Assembly (NCBI GenBank): GCA_001179505.1
Contig: CDMY01000587.1
Span: 1-46,762 of the forward strand
Source of the DNA: Vitrella brassicaformis CCMP3155
Lineage: Eukaryota; Protista; Chromerida
Direction: 5' to 3'
Length of the DNA: 46,762 bases
Shown here: in pieces, positions 1 through 11,200 of the stretch
How the letters are laid out: each line of letters opens with the position of its first letter
How positions within the stretch are numbered: position 1 is the stretch's first letter
The notes under the pieces: model-generated
The model's input: only the letters and a program-made list of their open reading frames with translations
Told to the model about the DNA's origin: nothing
The model's database searches: none
Translations under genes and position numbers: made by a program

Positions 1-278
1 AGGGAGGGGAGGGTTTGCGGGACTGGGGTGTGCTGATGGGGCGGGGATTGATCCCTCCTCCCCTTGAGCCTGTTTGAGTCTGCGTGCTGATGGGACTGTA
101 TTTGTATGAGTATCACGGACACACAGACGAGTGTTACGGTTAATGACAGTTTCCCCCCCCCTAGCCGAGCAACGATTAGCCTAAAATTGACCCAAATGCG
201 GAGGGCAGGCACCGAACTGCGGAGGCGTTAGACGGGAAGCAAAAATAATAGTCCAGGACCTCAGCAGTCGCATCTGCC

Positions 279-574
279 ATGACGCCTGTGTCGCCGAGCC
301 CGTCTGCTTCAGGCGGCCCCTCACGCACCGAAAAGTATGTAGGTACATTGTGGTGGTGAAAGGTGTCTTCAACTTTGTGCCTGTTGTGGATTTCAGATTC
401 CGCGTCGCCGCTGGCACCGACAGGGCAGCCGAGAGGATTGTCCTGCACTTGAAGAGCCTCGATGTCGATGGCGACGGCAAGGTTAGGTATTCAGTCAAGT
501 CGACTGACTGTGAGGTGTTTCCAGTGTCCTTTTTCTGTACTACAGTTCACTGTTGATGATGTCGTGCGGGCAAC

Positions 575-626
<52 letters not shown>

Positions 627-2296
627 AGAGAGTATTGTAGAGAGAGAGAGAGAGAGTCATTTGTCTGTGACCAGGCGGAAGCTCTTTGCCGAGAAAAACA
701 CTAACACACGGCTCCGCTGGGTCATCGCTGTGGTAAGTGGTAGAGCCACAAGGGAATGCGGTCATGCTCTTCTGCAAACAGATGTCAGCGGCCTACGTTG
801 CCACGATGGCCATCATACTCGGCTTGGTGCGCAAACATGACAAACACAATCAACACGACAGACCATTGTGCTCCAATCACTTGGTCTCCAGGTTGTTGGC
901 GGGTTTGAGCGTAAGAGCGCACTTTGACATCGTTGCCAATGCTTGTGAAATCGTCTGTCGCTTCAGTGAGCAAGGAGACAAGGGTCAGGCCTGGGGGCTA
1001 CTTGAGTACCAAAGCAAAGCCTTCGATGCCCATCCGTAGGCCCTGCATGCTGTTTACGATACGAACAAGCCCTGCGATGATCATGTTTGTCGGCTAGGAG
1101 TGCGAGAGCACTTGGATGCGTTCAGCTTGTACGACGTCTTCAGGTGAATGAACGAGCCACACAACACGCCAACACACCCAGCTGAGTGCACGTATGGGAC
1201 CGAAGAATGCTCCCATGCCAATGGCATGCAGCACACCGATAGAGGACTACGACTCGGTGGAGGCAGTGATTATTCCGGTATATTTGGAATTTCTCTGCCT
1301 TCTTGCCTGCTGCCTGTGGTTTCATATTTGTGTGGTGCGTGTGGTGTGTCCCTCTACCTGGCTGGTTATCGTTTGGTCGTTGAATCCCATCATGGTTCCT
1401 GCTCACTGTCCCGTCAAGCACAACGAGACTGGGTCGTTCGGATACTACAAGGTCGCCTCCATCATAAATGGCCCTGCGTCCCTCCTCATCTCGATGGTGC
1501 TAAGAGGAACAGGTAGATGACTTGATGTCTCCTTTTCACCTTCAGGTGGGGGGCGAGTCCCTGGCTGTGAACCCCCTGGGCTATACTTTGATCGACGCTT
1601 ACGGAAGCTTTATTCGAGACATTTCATTCGTCGAGGAGGCTGAGCAGGCGGCGCTATCTGTGCCAGAAAGAAATGGGACAGATGACGCGTCTGCGACCCG
1701 CAGGCGCTTGTACGACAGCGCCCTGGCGATCAGATGTCGAAACGGCGCAAGAAGCCCGCAGTGCTTCTCAGCAAACGCTGTCAGCGTGTTCAGCGGCGTG
1801 ACTCACTCTTTGATGATCGGGGGCCAGCGCGTGTCGGTGCCCTTCAATTCGCCAATTCTCAGCTCATGTGAGCGGCCGATGTCAACTGATCCTTGATGGA
1901 CTGATACGTCAGTGTGTGTTGGCATGTTCACTCACTCTTGTCTCACTGTCTACGTATGACATCTTGCCGATGCCTCCTTTTTAACGTCAGACATCGGGCG
2001 CCGGGGCATCGGTCGAGGCCGCGGCGGCGTCGGACCTCGCCCAATCAAAAAGGCTGGTGGCTGCGGTCCTGCTGCGTATCGGTGCACGGTGAGCACACTT
2101 GTGCAAAGTGCATTCCAACAGACGAGACAAGCTTTCCTCACTGTGTGTCATCATTGCATGTGTCGCACAGTCTGACTCAGAGTGTTGCTCCGGTGCATGT
2201 GTTTCCAAGCTGAGTTCTGGCGGCGGGTTCTGCACCCCCACGCGGACGGATCTGCTTACCAGACCCAAAGATCTCCGCCAGAAGAGGATCTACTGA
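279..2296 (+). CDS. Multi-exon hypothetical protein with one EF-hand-like loop followed by a transmembrane helix
   Basis: Phase-consistent GT-AG splicing gives MTPVSPSPSASGGPSRTEK-FRVAAGTDRAAERIVLHLKSLDVDGDGK-FTVDDVVRAT-RKLFAEKNTNTRLRWVIAV-MSAAYVATMAIILGL. DVDGDGKF is an EF-hand-type loop, followed by a hydrophobic stretch. Later exons include VGGESLAVNPLGY...TRRRLY and a last exon ending QKRIY* at 2296. Middle exons are less certain. Confidence 0.6.
577..655 (+). repeat. (GA)n microsatellite in an intron
   Basis: About 75 bp of gagaga directly after donor gtgaga at 575. Confidence 0.95.
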
Positions 2297-2479
2297 ACGA
2301 AGAAGCTGTGGTGGCATTTTCCACGGTGCAGGAGAAAACACCTCACGAAGGTTTGAACGCTACGTATCGCAGTCACGCTTTCCGGCAGACAGAAAGGGCC
2401 CAAAGGGCCGGCGGAAAGGTGCACCATGCCACCCGATGCGGACGACGTTGACGTGTGCAGCGACAAGAAGAGCATACTT

Positions 2480-2893
2480 GTACGTTCTGAATCATAACAT
2501 GTGAATCGGCTGGGCTATCACTCCCAGTCGAAATGTCCCTCAAATCAGCCGTCCGGGCCCATCATTCAGTTGGAAAATCCTCAGACGATAAAGACGCCCT
2601 CTACCCTGCAGACTGATTGATACCGTCACCATGGCGTTGGAAGAAAAGAACTCGCCGTGTCCCTTTAAAAAAGCCCGATGACTCTTTCTTTCCTCAAAGA
2701 TCTCGGACAGTGATCTTAGGTAGCGTTTCAATCGAGACTCGAAAAACTCTAGAGGGGCTCCCGCAGCAGGACGAATAATGAGACAAGAAGCGAGAGAAGA
2801 GACGGTCTTTCTTCGTTTAGTCATGAGTGTGACTCAGGCACTGGATCACCTCCGCAGACCACAGGTGGGTCAGACGTAAGTGGATCCGGGCTG
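2480..2893 (+). mobile_element. Degenerate non-autonomous repeat, same family as 36881-38138
   Basis: ctcaaatcagcc 2539-2550 plus downstream similarity matches 36955-37020. 2792-2835 matches the reverse complement of 37316-37351. It ends in gtgggtcagacgtaagtgg, like the motif at 37151-37200. Confidence 0.55.
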
Positions 2894-2933
2894 ATGAAAC
2901 GTGAGAAAATCAGTCCCATCGTCTTTTTTTTAT

Positions 2934-3048
2934 CGCTATCGAGCATGCCGGAACAAACCTCACCCGACTTTGGTAATGATCACTGTGAAGTGCAATTTGC
3001 GACTTCCGCGTCTTACATCCCTGCTTCCCTTCTTTTCATTCTCCGTCT
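2934..3048 (+). pseudogene. Duplicated exon/intron fragment of the GT90 gene
   Basis: 2934-2981 aligns to 17697-17749 (exon end, gtaatg donor, start of intron). 3022-3048 aligns to 17759-17785 with one mismatch. Confidence 0.75.
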
Positions 3049-3232
3049 AAGTGAGAATAGTCAGTCACTGAGTCAGTCTCTGACTCAGTCGGCATATCAC
3101 GGGTGTGGTACTGATTTAAGCGATACTCACTGTATCACTCTTCGATATGGCCACAGGACAAACAGAGCGCGGGGGATCGGGGTCGGTCTAGCCAATTGAA
3201 GCAATTGAAGCATATCAGTCACACGACACCAG

Positions 3233-6130
3233 TCAAGAAGAGAGATCAATGTACAAGCCTCCTCCCACACCCGCAGGATTGGCGCCACTTCGGCTGTTGA
3301 GATGCATACGGGGAGCAGCAGCATGAGCATGTTGCATTCTCTCGTCGTCGTCGCTGGGCGACTCCAGGTCAATCACCTCACGAGCACGCGCGTCGTTCAC
3401 AGGAGGCGCGAGCTGGGGAGGCGACACATCCAGCTGCGCATGCGAACGACTGAGGTGACACACAGCAACGACCAGAGTCGGACTCGGAGTCTGCCTTCGG
3501 TGTCCCGTATGTGTGCTTACGGCTGTTCAGCAGAGTGCCCGTGCTCGTGGCCATGCGCCGACTCTGCAACGCCCTGGCCCACAGACAGGCAAAGACATGC
3601 CGTGTTGAGTCTTTGTGTATTCCATAAGTTGGATGCGACGCCTTACCTGATCTGCGCGAGGGCCATTGAGCACAGGAGGAAGCAGGGGGGGAGGAAGGGG
3701 CGCGGCCATCGAGGACGGCTCGTGTCTTGCCCGAGACGTCGGTGGCTCACTCTCCTCCTCCAAGTCAATTACCTGCGTCAACCATTCTTCATATGAATGC
3801 ACACAACCATACATGGAAAGCAGTATACCTCGGGTGATGACCTTTGTCGCTTCGGTAATCTTGCAGGAGCAGCTGCGGCGGCTGATACACACGAAGAATG
3901 TATGGATCGGTACAATGCAGTAGGCACCTGCATACCAGCGGATGCTCGAGAGACGTCACCAAGAAAGGGTTCCTGCTGCACCCACCAAAAACACACATGC
4001 ACAGCATCGTCATTCAATGCATGTTTTCTGACCTTGACCACAGCCTGTGCGCCACGCCTGACGTCCTCAGGAGCAGGCAGTTGCCACCTTCCGTCCTTTT
4101 GGACAGACCACAAATTCGTCCACACCGGTCCATTCTGTCTGAAGTGTTTCGTGTTACCTCTGTGATTTCGATCTCGTCGACGTTGGCCGTCTGCCTGTCC
4201 GCGAGAAGGCGTTTGAACCACATGTCAACAGTCAGGTCGGCGGGCCTGAAAATGAACGCATGTTACGTAGACGACGAGAGCGGACGCTGTGCGTCTTGAT
4301 GTACCGTACAACTAGGTGGCAGCACGGGCACTTCCACCTGCTCGTGGGAGGGAGGCAATCAAGCTCCTCTGCCACCTCTTGGTTGTGTCCCTCTCTATGT
4401 GCGTGCGGGTGCACTGGCGACCTGTTGTTAAATGACCTCTGCGTGCTGGTGATCTCGAGAAAACCCATCAGGTCAAAGCACTGGAGGTGACGACACGAAC
4501 GACCACGAGCAGGGATCGAAATACTGAGAGAGAAAAAATGCGGACACCTCCATGATTTCTTTCCTTGGATGTAGCTGCGTACCGATGAAGTGTATTTGGG
4601 CACGTTAGCTTCACTTTCCGTCCGCCCTGGACGCATGTCACCTGTACAGACCATGCCATGCTGCTGAGAGCGAATACAGTACTGACGCAAACACACCTCG
4701 TCATCGTGATTCTGCCTAAAGAGATCCAACACTGAAGAAGAAGACCATCCTGTGCAGGCATCCTAGAAGACCGTGCTTCTTCTCACCTCTTCTGAGCCCG
4801 TCCCTCTCAGATATTTCCTGTCTGCGCACAACCTCCTGAACAGTACGACAGCAAGCCAGAGTGAGTCACATGTTTCTGTTTTGCCACGCAGTGCCTCACT
4901 TCGATGTCTGCAGGTGTGCGCCGCTGAGCTACGAAGAAACCAATAATGTACGCCTACACGAACGCAATAGAGCACGGATACAGGCACACCTTGAACACGG
5001 CTCATCATTGGTCTACCGGCCTGATGGTGACCCGCCGTCCATCTCGGTCCACTTGCTCATCAGCGATGCTCCAGTTGATTTCTACTCTGTTGTTGCCCTG
5101 ATTCTGACCGGCGCTGAAGTACTTGGTTAGCTGCAAAAGTTTCTCACAGAAGGATGAAGCCGATATTTTCATCTTCCTTCTATTTTGACAGCTCCCTCTT
5201 GCGCGTACGTTGAGCGGCTCTTCTCTCCTCTTCTTTTCTGGTGACGCCTTCGGAATCTTGGCCTCTTGTGGAAGCTGCAGCGCACACGATTTCCGATCCG
5301 TTTCGGTCACACAACCACCTACCGTGTCATTGACTTTTATCGACAGCTCATAGGGCCACGTGTGCGTGAGTGAGGTGTCCCTGGTCGACAAGCATCGAAC
5401 CCAAATCTCGTAGTTTTTCCTGATCACACGTGACGTTGCGTCATGGGCGTACATGCTCATGATGGATCTCTCACCGCCTCCACTCAACTAGCCTCGGAAG
5501 ATGCAGTGTCTGCTGCTTCATATTGCTTCCCGAAACCAACACATGCACAAACAGAGGGCCGTCAACCTGAACCAAACACATGCACCGTGGCCATACCCAA
5601 GAAATTCAACGGTCATCACGTACCCAGGTGACCTGCGCTGTGTACTTGTGCTTGCTTACCACTTGGTTGAATGGGTCCATCTTCTTGAACCGACAGATAT
5701 GACACACGTAGCGGCTCCTGTCCCCGTGATAGTGCACACAACGCTCATGCTGAAGGAAGCGAGAAGGAAACGCGGAAGAGGAACTTATGCCCGCTATGCT
5801 CTCAGTCCACCCGGCCACCCCACTTACATATAGTCCGTAACACTCCCTGCAGCGGACAGATGGCGACGAGAACGTGCTTCCCATATCTCGCCGGCCGCAC
5901 AAACATGCCCCCGGCGGTGGACTTCCCGACGCCAAGTTGCCCGACGCTGCCGCCGCCGATGATGGCACGTTCCCGCTATAACGATCAGAGTCCGGAAACC
6001 TTCACACACACCATGTATCGTGCCATGAGGTTCAATGGTCTTCAGCGCGTACCTGTACATCGCTATGGTTGGTTGGTTATTGTTCAGGCTCGTGCTGACG
6101 CATTGGTGGCTGAGTTGCAACGGTTTCACA
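3233..6130 (-). CDS. SIZ1: SIZ1/PIAS-like SUMO E3 ligase (PHD, PINIT-like, SP-RING, C-terminal SIM-like motifs); 5' end uncertain
   Basis: Spliced [47 protein letters not shown]...WKCPCCHLVV. PINIT-like: THTWPYELSIKVND...EEPLNV...NRVEINW. PHD-like: CLC...CREC...HERC...CHICRFKKMDPF. VIDLE occurs twice and the protein ends YIDLSS* at 3233. Confidence 0.88.
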
Positions 6131-6662
6131 GCTACTCCAAAACAACGTCATAAGCCCCCTAGCTCCTTTTTTCTTGCCTGATCCCGCATCACTTTAAGGT
6201 CGGCATCACTTTAAAGAACGCACGGAGCGCTCACATTCAGCGACCATCCGTGCAGTCACTTTTCGGATTAACCACTGTCGATGGGAGCAAGTCGATGAGT
6301 GCATTCAAGAAAAGCATGCACCACTCGCATGAGGGAAGGACGGGATGGAGGAAGGGAGGGAGGGAGGGATGGAGGGAGGGAGGGGGACAAAGGATGTGCA
6401 GGTGGAGAGAGAGATGCATGGTGCACTAGAGGAGGAGTGCATACAAACGTACGTACACGCAGAGGCAGGCAGGAAGATCCACCCAGCGTCACAGGAGGCA
6501 CCGACGAGTGCCGTGGCATGACCGACTCCCGACACTATCTGCAAAGCTAAACAAAGCCATACGATCAAGGATGCTTTCTGTCATAATGCTCCTCTCTCTG
6601 CAGTGCCTGTAAACCAGCTTCTCACACCAGCAAATCTGAGACTTGCCCATTCAACGTGCCCA

Positions 6663-8107
6663 TCAGGCGTCAATCGGTATCTGTGTCGCGCCCCGCCACT
6701 TTCCGTCAACTACACCGTCATACTGCGCCTTCACACCCGACTCGCTGTATTTCGCCCCATCAGCAACAACACGATTGCCGTCGCCATCGAAAAACCTCCC
6801 ACCAAACACTATCTGCAGCCGGTGAAGAAAGCGTGTGTCGGTCGTCCGTCTCTCTGCTTTGGTTTGTTCATGCGTGTGAGTGTGTGAATGGCATACCTGT
6901 GGCCATCCGGTGATGAGCTTCAAGACGGCCTGGGGGATGGTGAGGAACTTAACATAACTGCCAGAGCCGCTCACCCGCCGAATGCGTGGCACTAAATAGT
7001 CCGCAACAGTGTCGGGCTCCTCACACAAAGTATTGAAAAACCTGAAAGGGCGACCACAGGCAAGCAGCTAGAGCTGGACAGATGGATGGCTGGAGTGCCT
7101 GCCTTCCCTGTCTAATCCATACCTGCGAAAGGCCGGTGTGGAGTCGGCCAGGAGTAAATCTGTTAGCACCATCCCTGGGCTCAAATTGTGCACGCCTATC
7201 TGACGCAGCCACAGACATGCACGGTCATGCAGACAGGGAGGGACACACAATCGACACTGGGGAGGAGCTGACCTTGTTGTGATTTGCTTCCTTGAGCTCT
7301 TCCCTGATGGAGGCCGATAACTGCGGCATGGCGCGCTTGGAGGCGCCGTATGCAGCGTATCCCTTTGTTGCGCCGCCCTCTACACCTGCACCATCCATGT
7401 TGAAGATATGGCCGCCCTGCTCTTGCCTCGACATGATCTGAAGCCCCACAAGTACACGCCCGCACAACACATCGTCAAGTAAGCAGCCATCCCTGCGTGG
7501 TCCGCACCTCGATTGCCTTCTTGCAGCAGAGAAGGGTGCCGAGAAGGTTCGTGTCCAGCACTTGTTTGAGGTCGTCGGGCGTCAAGTCAGACAGGCGCCG
7601 CCGCTTCCCAGCCACCGTCCCTGCGTTGTTGACCCACACATCAATGTGCCCAAGCTGCTCGACGCAGAAGTCCCCAAGCCTCTCGACGTCTTGAGGGCTC
7701 CCCACGTCACACAGGATGCCCCCCACAGATGCCTTCGCACCGTCATTGGCAACACCAGGATCTCTTCTCAGGGCCTCCACTGCCATCGCCAGGCGGTCAG
7801 CATCACGCCCGCAGACGATCACTCTGTCGCCCTCTCTCAAAAATCTCTGCAATCCATCCATCGCAGACAGCCACTCAAACTGTCATCTGGTGTCCATCTG
7901 TCCCATCTATCCCACCTTTGCCAGGGCGTATCCGACTCCTTTGGTCCCTCCAGTAATGACCACGTTTTTGCTGGTGGTGCTCTGCAGCCTTGAGATCTTT
8001 CTCTCAGCGTGCGGTCTGCGAGCGGCCGTGCTGGGAAAGGACGGGGATGAGTCCGGAAAGCCAGACGCTAAAACAGCCGTGCACAGGTGCACTATTAGGC
8101 TCAACAT
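6663..8107 (-). CDS. NOL: NOL/NYC1-like (chlorophyll b reductase family) short-chain dehydrogenase with bipartite plastid leader
   Basis: TGGTKGVG, NNAG and YGASK SDR motifs. GGHIFNMDGAG, VHNLSPGMVLTDLL and LCEEPDTVADYLVPRIR closely parallel plant NOL. The N-terminus MLSLIVHLCTAVLASGF looks like a signal peptide followed by Phe. Confidence 0.88.
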
Positions 8108-8282
8108 TCACCCTTGCCGATGAAAATTCCTCGGGGTTAGGTGGGTTTGAGTAGGGCTCAGGGTTTACAGAATTGCGAGCTCGACAGAACGTCCTCCTCC
8201 TTCATCTGCATAGGGTTATCGAGGAGGCCCCCTGAGGACGACGAATATCTACGGCGCCGTGAACCTGGCGGCGGTTTGCGAG
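8108..8282. promoter_or_regulatory. Putative bidirectional promoter (175 bp between divergent ATGs) with telomere-repeat-like motifs
   Basis: NOL ATG at 8107(-) and PARP-E2 ATG at 8283(+). Contains ggggttagg, gggtttga, tagggct and agggttta at about 8132-8168. Confidence 0.5.
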
Positions 8283-11200
8283 ATGAGTTCCGAAGCTGAC
8301 TGGGCTTTGCGAGACCTCGAGCGATGGGCGAAGAGCAAGGGCATCCACACGTGAGCACACGCGCGTCTGTGCAGTGCCATTCGCCTGATCTGTATATATG
8401 ATATTCCTACTGTGTGTGCTGTGTGTGTGCGTGTTGGTGTGGTGTCATCTGCAGCCTCGAGGTATTGGAGGTCAATATCGACGGCAGCGCGCAGAACAGT
8501 CAGCCCAGCAGCGTCAAGATACGGTATGCGACCCACACACCACGCTGACATCGGGCACGGTGCTGGTGTGGTCGTGTGATGGTGTCATTCAGGCTGGACA
8601 ATGTCCGTGTCGACATCATCGGGTACGCACACGAGGGCAGGGGAGCGCAGGCAAGGGAGGGGAGGGGAGGGAAGGGGACGAATGGGCAAGGTGTAGGTCA
8701 TAGACACATCCATGCGTTTGTGTGACGATGCTGTCACGGCAGTTTGCAGGGCGGCATGCTCATCAACGTCATTGACGACCACTCCAGTGAGCTCGAGACG
8801 ATGGTCAAGGCGTGCAGCAGCAGGGTACGTACGCACCCACGCCACACGTTGGCAAACAGAATGACAGACTGACAGGAAATACCCAACCAGCCAGCCAAGA
8901 CAAACAACGTCACTAGCTTAGTCTGTGGGTGATGTTCAGGCGATGGAGGGGCGCTACACTGTCAGACGTAAGCTACCGGACACATGCATGTCCTACCGAC
9001 GTCTGTATGCTTCATCCTTCCCTCTGCAGAAGCCTTTGAGGACCTGCTGACTGAGTACAAGGCCACCCTCATGGCCTCACCTGACGGGATACGCCAGGCA
9101 AGCACACAGACACAATGCAGGGGGCGGGCAGGTCAGTCAGGACACTGTGCTCACGCCCCGTTGCGTGTTGATGCGTTGCTTGCTTTGGTTGCTTGGCACC
9201 AGAGGTTCGACGCGTGGAGGCAGGCCAACCTGAGCAAACTCGGCGACAGGGCAGACCACACCGCGTTCATCAGATTCGGTCCGCACAGATACCCACGCAC
9301 CCACCCACCCACACATACATCTTTGGCCCCTCAGATTCCCACGACAACGCGGCGACGGTCGAGTTTCTCGGGTGGCGTGTGTCGCTCGTTGAGACCGAGA
9401 ACACCTACTTCGTCTCAAGCTTCGCCGAGTCCTCAGAGGAGAACATCAACGAATGGATCGTACGTGACGACCACACGGGCACATATGCAATGGTCCGTCC
9501 GTATGGTGTTGTGCTGTTGTGGTGGGGGTGCTCTCAGAATCGCAGCTGTGAGTACGCCTTCCAGGAGGCCAGCGGGCGCACCTTCGAGCAGATACTCGAC
9601 TACCTCCTCAAACACGCACCACACGTACGTAGCTAAGATGGACATACAGAGAGAGAAGGAGAAGGAGAGGGGGGGAGATGGGGTGCTGGTGTGTGCTTCT
9701 TCTTCTTCTCATTCACAGTGTTTGTTGGACGGGGAGGGCGACGCGGCGATGCATGACGACGACTACGGCGAGGATGACGGCGACCAACTCCACTTCTCGA
9801 CGAATTTCCAGACATGGGCGGTGCAAAAGAGGATCCCCGTCGGGTCGCCCCTCCAAAACGAGATCGAGAAACGCGTCCGCGAACCATTCGGTACACTTCA
9901 CATGCACCATGCACCGATACTTATGTTTGTTGTTTGATGCTCATGACGGTGGCGGCGCTGTTGTTGATGCAGGTGGCGTAGACGCGATTCGCGAGGCGTT
10001 CATCTGCAAGGCAGGCAAACCCGTCCCGTCCCATCCCATCCATCCCATCCACGATGGGCCCGGCCCCTACACGCGGATATCCGTGTACTTGTGTATGTAT
10101 TCGTTTAGGAGGTGGAGAGTGGGCGCAGAAAGTGCTGCACCAAGTACGGCGCGGGCAAGGTGGAGATCGGATGTCTGCCCGAGCTCGGATTCGTGCAACT
10201 CGCCATCGACCTCGGTGGGCGGGGGAAGCGGAAACCTAACCGTCTAGACGCCTGCAAGTGCACAGTCATCTCTCTCTCTGCCGTGTTCGTATGGTGTCAG
10301 CTGGGATGGAGACCGACGCGGCGACTCTGAGTCTGATAGGCATCCCCGCCAACACGCCCGTCGTGTGCAGCTTCCTCTTCTCACAGGGGGTACGTGGGGC
10401 GCCCAACCACACTCGCAACCTTTTGCATGGCTCTTCGTTGCCCCTTTCCATCTGTCTGTCTGTCTGTCTGTCTGTGGGTGCGGTCTGTGGTATGGTGTGG
10501 TGTGGCGTGCAGGCGATGAAGGCCCGGTCCTTTACGGACGCGTTTCGCGACTTCAATGCGTCGGACCATTTCTTCGTGTGGCAGAACAAACTCTACGGCA
10601 CAGAGGCCGCTGAAGTGGTGCGTACGTCTGTTCACTTGATCAAACTGCTGCACGTGGCGAATATTTGTGTGCGCCGGTTGTGCACACAGGGCGGTGATTC
10701 CTCACCGCGTGTTGGTGGGGTGGGCAGCAAGGAGCAGAAGGGCTACGGCACCTCGCATATCATCCCCAAGGTCATGACCATCACCATCACCTCACACCAG
10801 GACCATATCAACCAACAAATTGCGTTTGTCTTGTCTGCTCTTTCCTGCGATGGTTGGTTGGTCCGTTGGTGCGTCAGATATTCAAGGGTTTCATCAAGGT
10901 GAGCACTGATGCAAAGCCTCGCTCCCTCCTTGCAATGATGCGTCCGAATGTGTGTGTCCCGTCCCGTGCAGGAGTACATCCCCAAGTCGTCGTGGCGTCC
11001 CCCCCTGCCCCCCCAGGCCTCATCCACCGGCAAGCGCCGTATCGACCACGACAACACGACCACTGCCAGCATGGACGTCGACCCCAAACCCGCGCCGCCC
11101 AAGCCCCATGCCGCCAACCACCAGCAGCACCACTCGCCCCTCGCTCACAAGCCCCTCAAGAGCATCCGGACCAATGGCATGGCAGACCATCACGCCCAGC

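Noticed and set aside
2540-2824. 94-aa minus-strand ORF MTKRRKTV...
   Set aside because: Lies inside a degenerate repeat and shows no recognisable motif or transposase signature.
8158-8845. Minus-strand ORFs (MAWVRTYP..., LDAAGLTVL...)
   Set aside because: Antisense shadows of plus-strand PARP-E2 exons; the splice signals are on the + strand.
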